A stretch of 64,000 bases of DNA from Hypanus sabinus (taxonomy: Eukaryota): contig NC_082714.1 of the NCBI RefSeq assembly GCF_030144855.1, positions 20,212,001 through 20,276,000 of the forward strand, written 5' to 3'. Below are positions 48,247 through 61,340 of this stretch, in pieces. Positions within the stretch are counted from its first letter, which is position 1, and each line of letters begins with the position of its first letter. Made by a program: the position numbers and the translations under genes. Below the pieces are notes generated by a model. The model did not search any database, was not told the DNA's origin, and saw only the letters and a program-made list of their open reading frames with translations.

Positions 48247-50110
48247 CACACACAAAATGCTGGTGGAACACCGCAGGCCAGGCCGCATCCATGGGAAGAA
48301 GTACAATCGATGTTCATCAGGACAAAGCAAAAGAAAAGATAGTAAGAGATTTGAAAATGGGAAGGGGAGGGGGAATTCTGAAATTATAGGAGAAGGCGGG
48401 GGGGAGGGATGAAGCTAAGAGCTGGAAAGTTGATCAGTAAAAGGGATACAGAGCTGGAGAAGGGAAAGGATCATGGGACGGGAGGCCTAGGGAGAAAGAA
48501 AGTGGGAGGGGAGCACCAGAGGGAGATGGAGAACAGGCAGAGTGATGGGTAGAGAGGGAGGAAAAAAAAAGAGGGGAGAAAAAAGCTAAGATATCAGGGA
48601 TGGGGTAAGAGGGGGAGGAGGGGCATTAACAGAAGTTAGAGAAGTCAATGTTCATGCCATCAGGTTGGAGGCTACCCAGACGGTATATAAGGTGTTGTTC
48701 CTCCAACCTGAGTTTGGATTCATTTTGACAATAGAGGAGGCCATGGATAGACATATCAGAATGGGAATGGGACGTGGAATTAAAATGCATGGCCACTGGG
48801 AGATCCTGCTTTCTCTGGCGGACAGAGTGTAGGTGTTCAGTGAAACGGTCTCCCAGTCTGCGTCAGGTCTCACCAATATATAAAAGGCCACACTGGGAGC
48901 ACCGGACGCAGTATACCACACCAGCTGACTCACAGGTGAATTGTCGCCTCACCTGGAAAGACTGTCTGGGGCCCTGAATGGTGGTGAGGGAGGAAGTGTA
49001 AGAGCAGGTGTAGCACTTGTTCTGCTTACAAGGATAAGTGCCAGGAGGGAGATCAGTGGGAAGGGATGGGGGGACGAGTGGACAAGGGAACCGCGTAGGG
49101 AGTGATCCCTGTGGAAAGCAGAAAGAGGGGGGAGGGAAAGATGTGCTTGGTAGTGGGATCCCGTTGGAGGTGGCAGAAGTTACGGAGAATTATACTTTGG
49201 ACCCGACAGCTGATGGGGTGGTAAGTGAGGACAAAGGGAACCCTATCCCAAGTGGGGTGTTGGGCGAATGGGATGAGGGCAGATGTGCAGGAAATGGGAA
49301 AGATGCTTTTGAGAGCAGAGTTGATGGTGGAAGAAGGGAAGCCCCTTTCTTTAAAAAAGGAAGACATCTCTTACATCCCAAATGAAAAGCCTCATCCTGA
49401 GAGCAGATGTGGCGGAGATGGAGGAATTGCAAGAAGGGGATGACATTTTTGTAAGAGACAGGGTGGGAAGAGGAATAGTCCAGGTAGCTGTGAGAATCTG
49501 TAGGCTTATAGTAGATATCAGTAGATAAGCCGTCTCCAGAGATGGAGACAGAAAGATCAAGAAAGGGGAGGGAGGTGTCGGAAATGGACCAGGTAAATTT
49601 GAGGGCAGGGTGAAAGTTGGAGGCAAAGTTAATGAAGTCAACCAGCTCAGTATGCATGGAAGGCAGCGCCAATGCAGTCGTTGATGTAGCAAAGGAAAAG
49701 TGGGGGACAGATACCGGTATAGGCTTGGAACATGGACTGTTCCACAAAGCCAACAAAAAGTCAGGCATAGCTGGGACCCATATGGGTGCCATGGCTACAC
49801 CTTTGGTTTGGAGGAAGTGGGAGGAGCCAAAGGGGAAATTATTGAGAGTAAAGACTAATTCTGCTGGATGGAGGAGAGTGGTGGTAGAGGGGAACTGGTT
49901 AGGTCTGGAATTCAAAAAGAAGCAAAGAGCTTTGAGACCTTCCTGGTGGGGGATGGAGGTATATAGGGACAGGACATCCATGGTGAAAATAAGGCGGTGG
50001 GGGCCAGGGAACTTAAAATCATTGAAAAAACTTCAAAGTGTAAAAAGTATCATGAACATAGGTGGGAAGGGATTGAACAAGGGGGGATAAAACAGTGTTG
50101 AGGTACGCAG
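48247..50110 (-). mobile_element. Penelope-like element, Neptune clade (RT, Cys linker, GIY-YIG endonuclease), frameshifted
   Basis: MDVLSLYTSIPH, QTKGVAM, LPFLDLSV, TDIYYKPTDSHSYL, linker CKQNKCYTC, GVVYCVRCSQCGLLYIGET, LQPDGMNIDF. Confidence 0.93.
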
Positions 50111-50604
50111 AAATTATTTTGGTGGGGCAGGAGCAAGCTGAGACAATCTCAGCTCAGTTGTCTGACATAACATCAGAAGAATTTCAGGAACGGTATAGTA
50201 GTTTAGCCTCTTTGGCACCATGTTAAATTGTGAAGATTCCTCCCATCTATATACTGAAAAGAGCATTCCCATCACAATCTTGCTCCCTGCCTTAGCCACT
50301 GATTTGGTCACACCCTGACAATCTTCACTCTACATTTGACCTTAAGATTAGCTTGGGGCCATGCACTCCTGCTCTCAATAAGTTTGTCCATTTCTGTAAC
50401 ATCATCAACTCTACCTCCAACCCATTTAATAAGCTACCGAGACCCTCACCCCGTCTTTGTTTTCTCGAGAGTTGATTACTCTGACACACTCCTGGCTAAT
50501 CTCCTTTCTTCCACCAAGAGGTAGATGACAATCAATCATAAACACAATGATGATGAAAAGCCGGCTCTTTATTCCCCTCCATGGATGCTGCCTGACTTTA
50601 CACT

Positions 50605-51398
50605 TATTATTGTGAGGCTAAGTACAGCTCCAATGCTAAACTTACGTCTGCTGATAACGCCACTATTGTTGGCTGAATCAAAGGTAGCGGCAATTTGGCA
50701 TATAAGAAGGACATTGAAGATCTGGCTCAATTGTGTCATAACAACAATCTGCCACTCAAGGTCAGCAAAACCCAAGAGCTGATTATTGACTACAGGAGGT
50801 TCATGAACTGGGGGTTCATGAGCCAGTCCTGGAGGTGGAAGGGGTCAGTAACTTTAAGTTCCTTGGCATTATCATCTGTCCATCAGTCCATCACAAGAAA
50901 AACCCTCTCCACCTCTAGGGTTAGGCACATCTACAAGGAGCCCTGTCACAAGAGAGCAGCATCCATCATCAAGGACCCCTGCCAACCAGGGCATGCTTTT
51001 TCTCACTGCTGCCATCGAGATGGAGGTACAGGAGCCTTAAGTCCCATATCAGCAGGTTCAGAAATACTTACTACCTTGCAACCATCAGGCTCCTGAACCA
51101 GTGTGGATAACTTCACTCACCTCAACACCGAACTGATTCCACAACAAAGGACTCACTTTCAGGGTCAGTACAATTCATGTTCTCAATATTTTTTACTTTT
51201 TTATTATTTTTCTTTCCTTGTATTTGCACCATTTATCTTCCTTTGCATACTAGCTGTTTGCCCAGCTTTGTTTGTGTTTAATTTTTCACTGATTCTATTG
51301 TATCGTTTTTCTACTGTGAATGCCTGCAGGTAAAATGAATCTCAGGCTGATATATGGTGACATATGCATACTTCGATGATAAGTTTACTTTGAATTTT
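50605..51398 (+). mobile_element. Rex1 3' region, internally deleted
   Basis: SADNATIVG, LKVSKTQELIIDYRR and RAASIIKDP, followed by the tail family. Confidence 0.85.
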
Positions 51399-52496
51399 GG
51401 ACCTTTCTTTGGCTTGCTGAGTTCCTCCAGCATTTTGTGTGTTTTGTTGCAGATGAAATTACAAAGTGACAAAGTGGAGAGGGGCACAAGGGAAGGGGTA
51501 GAGGAGGAGGAGGATTCAGCTCTCCAAAAGAATGGAGAAACAATCACAAATTGTGAGCGATGGAGGAGAAATAATTAGGTTGGAAAAGATAGTGAGATAA
51601 ACAGATTGATATTGAGAAAATTCACATAGTACTGGGAGTTATGGATACTGCTACCAAAATCCTAAATCAGATTCTCCTACTCCATATATTATGTCCTAAT
51701 ACGTTCCCACTCTTGTATCAGCCAATATCATTATGCTTTGCTGGCTAAGGTGATGGTTTCTTCCAGATGCCTTACTATGAAATTGTGATGCCAGCCTGTC
51801 GCTGCCAACAAGGCATCTGCCAATAGTTCCACTGCAAGAAGAAAGAACCCTCTGCTCAGCTATACTTGTAAAAAGGAGAGGTATTTATACTCAGAATGAT
51901 AGCAGCAATAATGCAAAGTGACAATGTGAGTCATGCAATTTCACATTGGGACCTTGTAACTGCATCGGACACACAAATGCATTTGCTGCACGCTGTGAAC
52001 TTGACACTTGCTTGGCACACGTGTTCACCACAACGAGGAAACGTATGTGTCAAAGATGCTGAAGGGCACTAACTACATTAGGCTAGTGTTAAAGTCCAGA
52101 GAGACTGCTGAATTATGCAGCAGATTGAAACTTAATTATTGAGAACATTTCTAGGTCCTGGATGAGGCAAGATCAAACTGCTGAGAGCAAGTCAAAAGTA
52201 CGTCAAATTTCTAAAAATACAGTGAATGTGAAAAAGTTGACTTAACTTTTAACTATAAACAACAACATGCATTTAATTAGCAGTTTTAACATAATCAAAT
52301 ATTTTTACAAGAATGATGGTTGTCGGATGAGGAGAAATTACAGCAGATTATCAAATCAAAAGATTATCAAAATTGTAACTAGGCTTGTCAAGTCAAAGGT
52401 GAGAGGTTATTGGAACTGGACCTAGGTCCTCCCACTTCTGGTGGAGCAGGACTAAATGGAAGAATTAGTCCTGCTACACCACAAAATGGATGGAGA

Positions 52497-52730
52497 CCAG
52501 ATGAATGGTCTTGGCCTGCGACATCAGCTGTTTACTCTTTTCCATGGATGCTGCCTGGCCTGCTGAGTTCCTCCATCTTTTTGTGTGTTGATTAGACATC
52601 CGGAATCTGCAGATTTTCTTGCCTAAAGGGAAGACAAAGCTCTTCTGGAAACCTGAACAGCACACACAAAATACTGGAGAAGCTCAGCAAGTCAGGCAGC
52701 ATCTATAGAGGGAAATAAATAGTCAAAATT
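52497..52730. mobile_element. Two oppositely oriented Penelope-like terminal arms
   Basis: gatgctgcctggcctgctgagttcctcca (plus), then acacacaaaatactggagaagctcagcaagtcaggcagcatcta (minus). Confidence 0.8.
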
Positions 52731-53074
52731 TCAAGATTCAAGACTCAAGTTTATTTATCACATGTAGATCAAGATGTACAGTGATTTTATACGGTGAGAT
52801 CTCTTCCCACGTTAAACCCACACTGTCAACACTCATAGCTGAGCCTTAGACATGGCAGATTACAAATGATAAGACTAGGGAATGGCTGGCTACTGGGAAG
52901 CCAATTCTCAGATTAGCTCCACCAAGACTAACTGAAGCAAAGTAGAATGTATGGTAAGGTTGATGTTACCAATCCAGGCTAACTTACAAAAGCAATGAAA
53001 GTAATTGATATATATTGTGGTTGTTTTATGAAGTACTAAGTTGAATTATTGTAGTGAATTTTAAATAAACATCT

Positions 53075-53285
53075 ATTTTATTTTAAAAAAACATACAGTG
53101 AAATGTGTCATTTGCATCAGCAACCAGCAGACCCAAAGCATCTGAAAGTGTTGCCACACATTCTGGTGCCATCCTAGCATTCCCACAATGCACAGCAGAA
53201 CAACACAGAACATAACAAAACAAAATACAACAAGCAACAGAACAGCAACAGCAAAAGAAGCCTATTCCCCCTTTCCTCCCATACA
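53075..53285 (-). mobile_element. Non-coding interspersed repeat, copy 3 of 3
   Basis: Reverse complement of 10130-10320. Confidence 0.65.
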
Positions 53286-54369
53286 CAGTACTCTAAACCT
53301 TTGGGATTACACCAGGATTGGAAAGGAAGTAATTTCAAAGCAATTTATATTGATGAGATGTTAATAACTGATATCATCAATAATTTATGAAAGAACAAAT
53401 TGAAAGCTTTGGTACACGTGTCCTCTGAGGATTTATACTATTCTAATGACATTCTCCCTTCCAAAAAGTAACAATTCCAACTACCTGGAGTAGTTTTTGT
53501 GCCCTTTGAGACAAATGACTCTCTCAGTGCAACTCTGTGCTGTTTTCTGGAATCCATTAGTGGACATTTGCCTATTTGAAGCTAGATGAGATGCCTTAAG
53601 AGGTATTCTAAGTGGACCCCTTCCCAATCAGTGGAATGAGTGTATTTAAACAAAGATTCTGGGGTAAAAAAAAATTTAAAAAAATTGCTCTAATCAAAAT
53701 GGGGATGGTTTTTGACCTAAAACATAAACTCTGTTTCTTTCCAGAGATGACGCCTGCATTGCTGAATATTTTCAGAACTTTTGGGATTTATTCACAATTA
53801 ACTGCAGTACCAGTTTGCCATTAAAGCCCAGGTACAGTACTTAAAAGAAATAAAAATATTCTGTTCCTCTGTGGGACACCTGCTGAAAAGGATGACTCAC
53901 TAAATATTTAATTTTTGTGACAATATGTATTATGTTATTAACGCTGCTTTGGTCTAATCTTACTAAACATTAAAGAAATAGAACTGAATGAAGAATAGTA
54001 TTGAAACATTCAATATATTCCATCCAGTTATTTGCATCTTACATTTAAGAAAAAGGCATTTTTTTTTAGCAGTTTGTGCTCCTGAATTCTTTACCCTTTA
54101 CGATTGTGGAGGCTGGATTATTTGGGGTAGATGAAGAGGAAGTAGATATATTTTTTGAGGATTTTTGAATTGAATGCAATGGGCAAATTATCATTCTCAA
54201 TACTGGTGTAGGCTTGAGGGGCCAGGTGGTCTCCAGTTCCTGGCCCTTTAAGGGTATAGAATCCGAATCAGACTTATTGTCACCTGTGTTGTGCACTTTG
54301 TTAACCGAGCAACAGCAGTACAATGCAATACATGATAATATTGAAAAAAAAATTAAATCAATTACTATT

Positions 54370-54971
54370 GATGCGTTTGCTCTATTTCCACGATTTCTAG
54401 AGGATTGCCAGGATCCTGAAGAAATATCAGATTAATACCTACCACAAACCTATAAGGCAGCTCAAGATACAGCTTATGCAGGTCAAAGATGACCTGGGAC
54501 TCAGGACAGCTGGTGTTTACAGGATTCACTATGAATGCAGAGCAGCGTATATCAGCTAGACAGGATGCATGGTGGAAACATGCATTAAGGAGCACGGGAG
54601 GTGTATCTGTTTGGGTTACCTGAGGAAACCAGCAGTAGCAGAACACTGCACTCGCAATGGCCATAGGATTGACACAAAACTACTGTGCTGCGCCAGTGGC
54701 TTTTGGGACCGCCTGATAAAGGAACCCATTGAAACAAAGCAGGAGGAAAAGACTTTTAACAAAGACAAAGTTCTCACTTTAAGTAAGAACTGGAATTCAA
54801 TTGTAAACAAGGTGAGATTGGATGAGAACTAGCCAATCAGGAGGGAAGAACATTAGGGGTATAAATACCACCGGACTAGACATGCCCAAGCATTATCCCT
54901 GATGAAGATGGCAGAGCTTGTCATCGAAACATCAGTTAAAATCAATACTTATACCTGGCTGGAAGCCCAAG

Positions 54972-54975
<4 letters not shown>
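54370..54975 (+). mobile_element. Penelope-like element, Poseidon-type 3' end (GIY-YIG and terminal repeat)
   Basis: IARILKKYQI...VKDDLGLRTAGVYRIHYECRAAYIS*TG...IKEH...AVAEH, with no Cys linker. Hammerhead motif downstream. Confidence 0.85.
54893..54940 (+). ncRNA. Hammerhead ribozyme motif (Poseidon-type PLE), partly decayed
   Basis: CTGATGA-A-GATGGCA-gagct-TGTCATC-GAAAC-ATC. Stem II has 7 bp; stem I is weak. Confidence 0.65.

Positions 54976-54976
<1 letters not shown>

Positions 54977-55004
<28 letters not shown>
54977..55004. repeat. (AG)14 microsatellite
   Basis: Read directly from the sequence. Confidence 0.95.
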
Positions 55005-57126
55005 TGTGTTAAGTAGATCAAAAATAGTGCAAAAACAGAAGTAATGCAGATTTTAAAGGAGTGAGGTAGTGTTCATGAGTTCAATGTCTAGTTAAGAATC
55101 ACGTGGAAGAGGGAAGGAATCTGTTCCAGAGTCACTCATTGTGTGCATTTGGGACTTCTGTACCTCCTTCCTGAAGGTAACAATGAGAAGAGGGCATGCC
55201 CTGGGTGATGGAGATCCTTAATAATCAACGTCACCTTTCTGAGGAAACCACGTCCTCAGAATACTACGGAGGCCAGTATCAAAGATGGAGCTGACTAATT
55301 TTACAACTTTCGGCCCTGTGCAGTAGCCAACACCCTCCCCACCCCTATGCCAGACAGTGATGCAGCCTGTCAGAATGCTCTCCACATACACCTATGTAAG
55401 ATTCCAAGTGTTTTAGGTGACAAACCAAATCTCCTCAAATTCCTCATGAAATATTTTTGCTGTCATCCCTTCTTTATAGTCGATATGTTGACTATAAAGA
55501 AGTTAGATCCTCAGAGATCTTGACACCCAGAAACTTAAAACTGCTCACTCTCTCCGCTTCTGATCCCTCAGTGAGGATCGGTTCATGCTCCTTCATCTTA
55601 CCCTTCCTGAAATCCATAACTAGCTCTTTCGTCTTATTGACATTGAGTACAATGGTGTTGTTGCAACACCACTCAACTAGCTGGTATATCTCATTCCTGT
55701 ATGCCCTCTCAACTCGTTCTGGGATTCTAACAACAATGTTTGTATCATTAGCAAATTTGTAGATGATATTTGAGCTATACCTAGCCAGACGGTCACGGGT
55801 ATAGAAGGAGTAGAGCAGTGGGCTAGGCACACACTCCTGAGGTGCGCCAGAGTTTCCATCAGTGAGGAGGAGATATTATCACCAATCTGCACAGACTGTG
55901 GTCTTCCAGTTAGGAAGTCGAGGATCCAGTTGCAGAGGGAGGTACAGAAGCCCAGGTTCTGTAGCTTATCGATCAGGGCAGTGGGAATAATGGTGATAGA
56001 TGCTGAGCTATAGTCAACAAACAGCATCCCGACAAAGGTGTTTGTATTGTCCAGGTGATCTAAGGCAATTTGAAGAGCCATTGAGATTGTATCTGCCATA
56101 GACCTATTGTGGCAATAGGCAAATTACAGTGGGGCCAGGTCCTTGCTGAGGCAGGAATTCAATCTAGCCATAAACAACCCCTCAAAGCATTTCATCACTG
56201 TGAGTGCTACTGGCTGATAGTCGTTAAGGCAGCTCACACTGCTCTTCTTAGACACTTGTATAATTATTGCCTTTTTGAAGTGGGAACTTACAGCTGTAGC
56301 AATGAGGAGTTGAAAGTGTCCTTGAGTACTCCCACCAGTTAGTTGGCACTAGTTTTCAGAGCCTTACTAGATACTACATCGGGGCTTGCCACATGCGAGG
56401 GTTCACCCTCCTTAAAGACAGCCTGACATCAGCCTCCAAGACAGAGATCACAGGGTCACTAGGTACAGCAGAGATCTTCATAGTTGTAGTTATGTTCTCC
56501 CTATTAAAGTGTGCATAAAAGACATTGTGCTCATCTGATAGTGAAGCATCATTGCCATTCATGCTATTGGGTTTTGCTTGATAGAAAGTAATGTCCTGCA
56601 AACCCTGCTAGAGTTGACGTGCATCCAATGTAACCTCCGTCCTCGCTTGGAATTGTTTCTTTGCTCTTGGAATAGCCCTCCGCAAGTCATACCTGGTTTT
56701 CTTATACAGGGTTGGGTCACCAGACTTATATGCCATTGATTTAGCTCTCAAAAGACGACAAACCTACTGGTTCATCCACAGCTTTTGATTCGGGAGTTAC
56801 CTTGACAATGTAGTTACCAGAAAGTCTCATATTGCATCAGATCCTTGGCATCAATCTGAAGTTTTAATGAAGACAAGGAAAACTCTTCAAGACTCAAATT
56901 ATAGTAAGATTTTGTATTACTGTAGTGCATTTTCTGTGGCAAATCATCCCCTGGTGCTCAAAAATAAAGTTCAAGAATAAGCCACATAGGGAGATGTTAG
57001 AATAGATGCCAGAAAGTTAAGACAAAGGGATAGGAACATCCTAAAGAAAGAAAGAGATGGAATGGTTCAAGGATGCAATTCGAAAACAAGCAACTGAGGG
57101 TATATTTGTCAACACTGGATCAATTA

Positions 57127-57198
57127 AGGTAAGAACATGTTCGGCACAGCTGTGTGGGCCGAAGGGCTTGTATTGTGCTGTAGGCTTTCAATGTTTCT
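57127..57198 (+). mobile_element. 72-bp CR1 extreme 3' end
   Basis: Matches 25100-25172. Confidence 0.8.
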
Positions 57199-57271
57199 AA
57201 TTAAAACTGGAAATTAACAGAGCCAGAATTAAAACAAGTATAGGTACTTCAGCAACTTGGAGAACTGGAGG

Positions 57272-57520
57272 ATTATTTAGAGATACAGCATGGTAACAGG
57301 CCCTTCCACCTCAACGAACCTGCACCACCCAATTATACACATGACCAATTAACCTACGAGCCAAGGTACATCTCTGAAATTTTGCAGGAAACCAGAGCAC
57401 CTGGAGGAAACCTACGTCATCATGGGGAGAGTGTACAAATTCCTTACACATAGCAGCAAGAACTGAACATGGGTCACTGGCATTGAATCTCACTGACCTG
57501 ACTGCCACAGTACTGTAACC
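57272..57520 (-). mobile_element. HE1-type tRNA SINE
   Basis: Reverse complement of the 46971-47197 family. Confidence 0.8.
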
Positions 57521-57896
57521 ACACTGAGCTCAAGTTAATAAGAGATTGGAAGCAGGGTTTTACTGGGCAATAGATAAGTCCTGAGGTCAAAATGGCATGA
57601 ATGAGGGGTTCACAGGCATATGTGCATCTAAATATGCTTCTAGATCATAATAGGTAAGAGCAAAAGAGCATGAAAACAGACATATCAGTAACTCTTCAGC
57701 CCTCATCCCTGTTTTGCCATCCAATAAGATCATAATTTTTCGAAACTTCAGTGATATTTCTCTCTATTAATTGCACATCCCTTGATTCTTCTAATATCTA
57801 AACATCTATTGATTTTCATCCTGACCCTTGATACCGCTACAGCCCTATTGGCATACCAAGTACCAATTGGAGTACCAATAGGTTCTCCAGTACGAA

Positions 57897-58347
57897 GCAG
57901 ACACCAACAGAATCAACAAACTCATTTGTAAGGCCAGTGATGTTGTGGGGGTGGGACTGGACTCTCTGATGGTGGTGTCTGAAAAGAGGATGCTGTCCAA
58001 GTTTCATGCCATCTTGGACAATGACTCCCTTCCACTCCATATAGTACTGGTTAGGTACAGGAATACATTCAGCCAGAGACTCATTTCACCGAGATGTAAC
58101 ACTGAGCGTCATAGGAAGTCATTCCTACCTGTGGCCATCAAACTTTACAACTCCTCCCTCGGAGTGTCAGACACCCTGAGCCAATAGGCTGGTCCTGGAC
58201 TTATTTCCACTTGGCATGATTAACTTATTATTATTTAATTATTTATGGTTTTATATTGCTATATTTCTTCACTATTCTTGGTTGGTGCGGCTGTAACGAA
58301 ACCCAATTTCCCTGGGGATCAATAAAGTATGTCTGTCTGTCTGTCTG
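57897..58347 (+). mobile_element. Rex1 3' end with (GTCT)n tail
   Basis: RINKLICKASDVVG and ERHRKSFLPVAIKLYN, then gggatcaataaagtatgtctgtctgtct. Confidence 0.85.
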
Positions 58348-59278
58348 ATATTCAGCATTCTCGCTCATTCTCTTTGTGCAGACGGTCAACTCTGACGGGA
58401 ATGAGGTTGGAAGCTGATGATGAACAGTTCAGTCCGGCCTCTGTCTGATGGGATAGGATCAGTGGCTCAGGAACAAACTTGTAGTGACAGCTGATCATGG
58501 ATCACTATAGTCACAGACAAGACAAAGGTGGCAGGAACTAAAGTCTTGCCCAGGAACCATGCTAATGATTAGAAACCTTTGGAAACAGATTTTTTTAACT
58601 TACATTTTTTTAAAGAAAACTATACTTAGAAACATGAAATTACAGTTACTTAATTAAGATAATTAATATTCATTATTCAAATGATTGAGCCCTGGTGGCT
58701 TTGCCAACTACAGCAGTCATAAAAACAAGAGACCAGATATTAAGTGTATCCAAGCTTGTCTTGCAGCAGCTTTCAAAGTTATCCTTGATTCTGGGGTGGA
58801 GAGAGAGGTCAGAAGAAAGAAGATCTAACAAAAGTTAACTGGGTGCTGTTGTGCTCACTACTAGCCATCAGCCAATCTCCGGCAACAAACACAATCCAAT
58901 CCAATAGTTCTAACTATCCTAGTACCAGCATTTGTGGTCATTCTCTACTGGAATGGTGAAGAAGTCCAACAACTTTGAGACTGTGGAGCTGTCAAAAAGT
59001 GCTGGATTTCTTCAGCACATAAATATCCGGCGCTGATTTATTGGCAAGATGCATTCATAACTTCAACAGGGGATCTTGCAAGATTCATTATCATGTTTCT
59101 TTTTCCCTTTAAAATGTAAATAATGATAATAATAACTATTTATGGAGAATAACTATTTATATCTTTTCATGCAGATGGTGTAGTTCAAAGTGCTTCACAA
59201 TGGGATCAAATAAAAAAAAAATAAAAGCAAACATGAAAATAAAAGAAAAAAGATGTTAGTTGAAAGCAAAGTATTTAC

Positions 59279-59765
59279 TCATGGCCTCCTCTACTGCCAT
59301 GATGAGCCCAAACTCAGGTTGGAGGAGCAACACCTCATATACCGTCTGGGTAGTCTCCAGCTCCTTGGTATGAACATCGAATTCTCCAACTTCCAGTAAT
59401 TCCCTCCCTCTCCCTTCCCCCATCCCAGTTTCACTCTGCCTCCTTCTCCAGCTGCCTATCACCTCTCTCATGATTCTGCCTTCTTCTACTACCCATAGTG
59501 CTTTCCCCTTACAATTCTTCTTCACCTTTCCTGCCTATCCCCTCCCTGCTTCCGCTCCCCAGCCCCTTGATCTTTCCTCTGATTGGTTTTTCACCTGGCA
59601 CCTTCTTTATAGGGCCCCTGCCCCCTCCTTCTTCAGTCCTGATGAAGGGTCTCGGCCCGAAACGTTGACTGCTCATTTCCACGGATGCTGCCCGACCTGC
59701 TGGGTTGCTCCAGCTTGTTCGTACGTGTTAATTTGATCCCAGCATCTGCAGTGTACTTTGTGTTG
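59279..59765 (+). mobile_element. Penelope-like (Neptune) 3' fragment
   Basis: HGLLYCHDEPKLRLEEQHLIYRLGSLQLLGMNIEFSNFQ*, a pyrimidine-rich UTR and a terminal repeat. aaagta occurs on both flanks. Confidence 0.9.
59634..59671 (+). ncRNA. Minimal type I hammerhead ribozyme with complete core
   Basis: CAGTC-CTGATGA-A-GGGT-ctcg-GCCC-GAAAC-GTT-GACTG. Stem I has 5 bp, stem II has 4 bp, stem III is a palindromic ACGT. Predicted cut after 59666. Confidence 0.8.
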
Positions 59766-61340
59766 TAAAGTAAATAAGTGGGCTTTGAGTTGATATTTAA
59801 AAGTGTCAGCTGAGTTTTAGATATTTTGTACCACAGCTGTAGGAGCATAGCTGAAAAAGCTGACCTGCCAGTTGAGGGGGATTGTTTAAGTTTAAGGGAC
59901 TGTCAGAAGAAAACCTGACAGTTTGAGCAGGAGTACAAAACCAAAACGTACTCTGGTCTTAGACCATGAAGAACTTTAAAAAACAAGTATGAGAAATTTT
60001 AGATGAGAGACTTTTCTTACTGGAAAAAAATATATGAAGTTCAGAGTGATATAAAATATTACTAAAATATATTGCTGTATAAATGAATTTTCAAAAGATT
60101 TATAAATAGCTGGATACTGGCTTGTCCATTCATCAAGGCGGGGACGCCAGATGTGTGGGTTTGCACCTGGCTGATATTCCATTGATCAAAGTCACCTGCT
60201 ACATTAGATATTTCTCAAGATGTTGCAAGCTTATTTGCAACCAGCTCTGCATTAGACACTTGCCTGTTTCTTTCTTGTTCAGCAAATGCTAATAAACAAA
60301 CCTAAAATCCAATGCTTTTGTCCCTTCTTGTCACATTGCATCAGATACGTGAAGATAAATTTAGTGCATTCCTTCAATTTTATTAAAGTCCTGATTTCCA
60401 GCAACAAGGGATTCAAACTGGAAGCACCAGAGCAGGAAATTCATTCCTTGTGCATGAGTCACAACTGAATTTAAAAACAAGATCTTATTGAATATGTTTC
60501 TTTCTGCAGCACGGATTTACAGAATGTTATCAGGCAGCACTGAAGTGTTCAGGTGGTGTCCGTGAACCATGAGAACAAAGCCAGCAGGGTTTGTAAACTT
60601 ACCCTGAACTTGAAATGAAATTATGTCCTTGAAAGATATTCCATTTGATGTTGGCACACAAAAAGCAGAGAAGTGCTGGCTATCTGGGCAAGTTGATGCT
60701 GTGCTGAGCGGGCTTATAATGCTCCTTCAGCAACTTGTATTGTATTGGACAATAACAGGCAGCAGGGCTCTTCAAAGGAATCATGCACTTTGAGCAGCTC
60801 AGGTAAGATGGACTAATTTCTCAGACTTTTGCCAAGGAATTTCACACATAACTGCACCTACAGAAGTATATTGCCCAAAACTAAATGCATAATATCAACA
60901 AAACTGTGAAGTGGCACTTAAGTTAGAGGCCAAAGAACACACCTTGCAGAGTCGGGGCAACACACTGAGACAAGAAATTAAGCAAGATATATCAATAAGA
61001 TTAAAGAAGTGCAGCGACCAATCGGGAGATCAGGAGCTTGAGAGGAAGGAATTTCACCCAGGTCCGCTGACCAAGTAGAGAAGGCAGCAATTTGCCGCAG
61101 CTTTTTGGAGCTCTGACCAGCAACCAATTGGTGTTAGGGATTAATTAGCAAGAACAGATTAAGGGAAGGCAGGGGCAAGTGCAGCGGCCACGGTCGCAGT
61201 GCCCGTCATTGCCCGACAGAGTGAGAGTGGTGTCATTGAGGCTTCAGTGAGGAGAGACTTTAGTCAGAGAAGGCAAATAAGGAAAAGCTCCGGGTAGACC
61301 AATCACAATCAAGAGAAAATCTGCAGATGCTAGAAATCCA

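Larger units (their letters stand above)
54258..56797 (-). mobile_element. Rex1/Babar LINE, about 1.9 kb of RT and 3' end, interrupted by a PLE
   Basis: [61 protein letters not shown]. The 3' UTR is split at 54370-55004. Confidence 0.92.
59145..59990 (-). mobile_element. Old L2-like 3' end interrupted by a PLE
   Basis: caaagtgcttcaca tail and aaataagtgggctttgagttgatatttaaaa...ccacagctgtaggagcatagc resemble L2 3' ends. Confidence 0.5.

Noticed and set aside
48340-48630. Purine-rich G-run tract as a dedicated G-quadruplex or triplex element
   Set aside because: It is the standard pyrimidine-rich 3' UTR of the Neptune PLE, seen also at 26370, 47600 and 59400.
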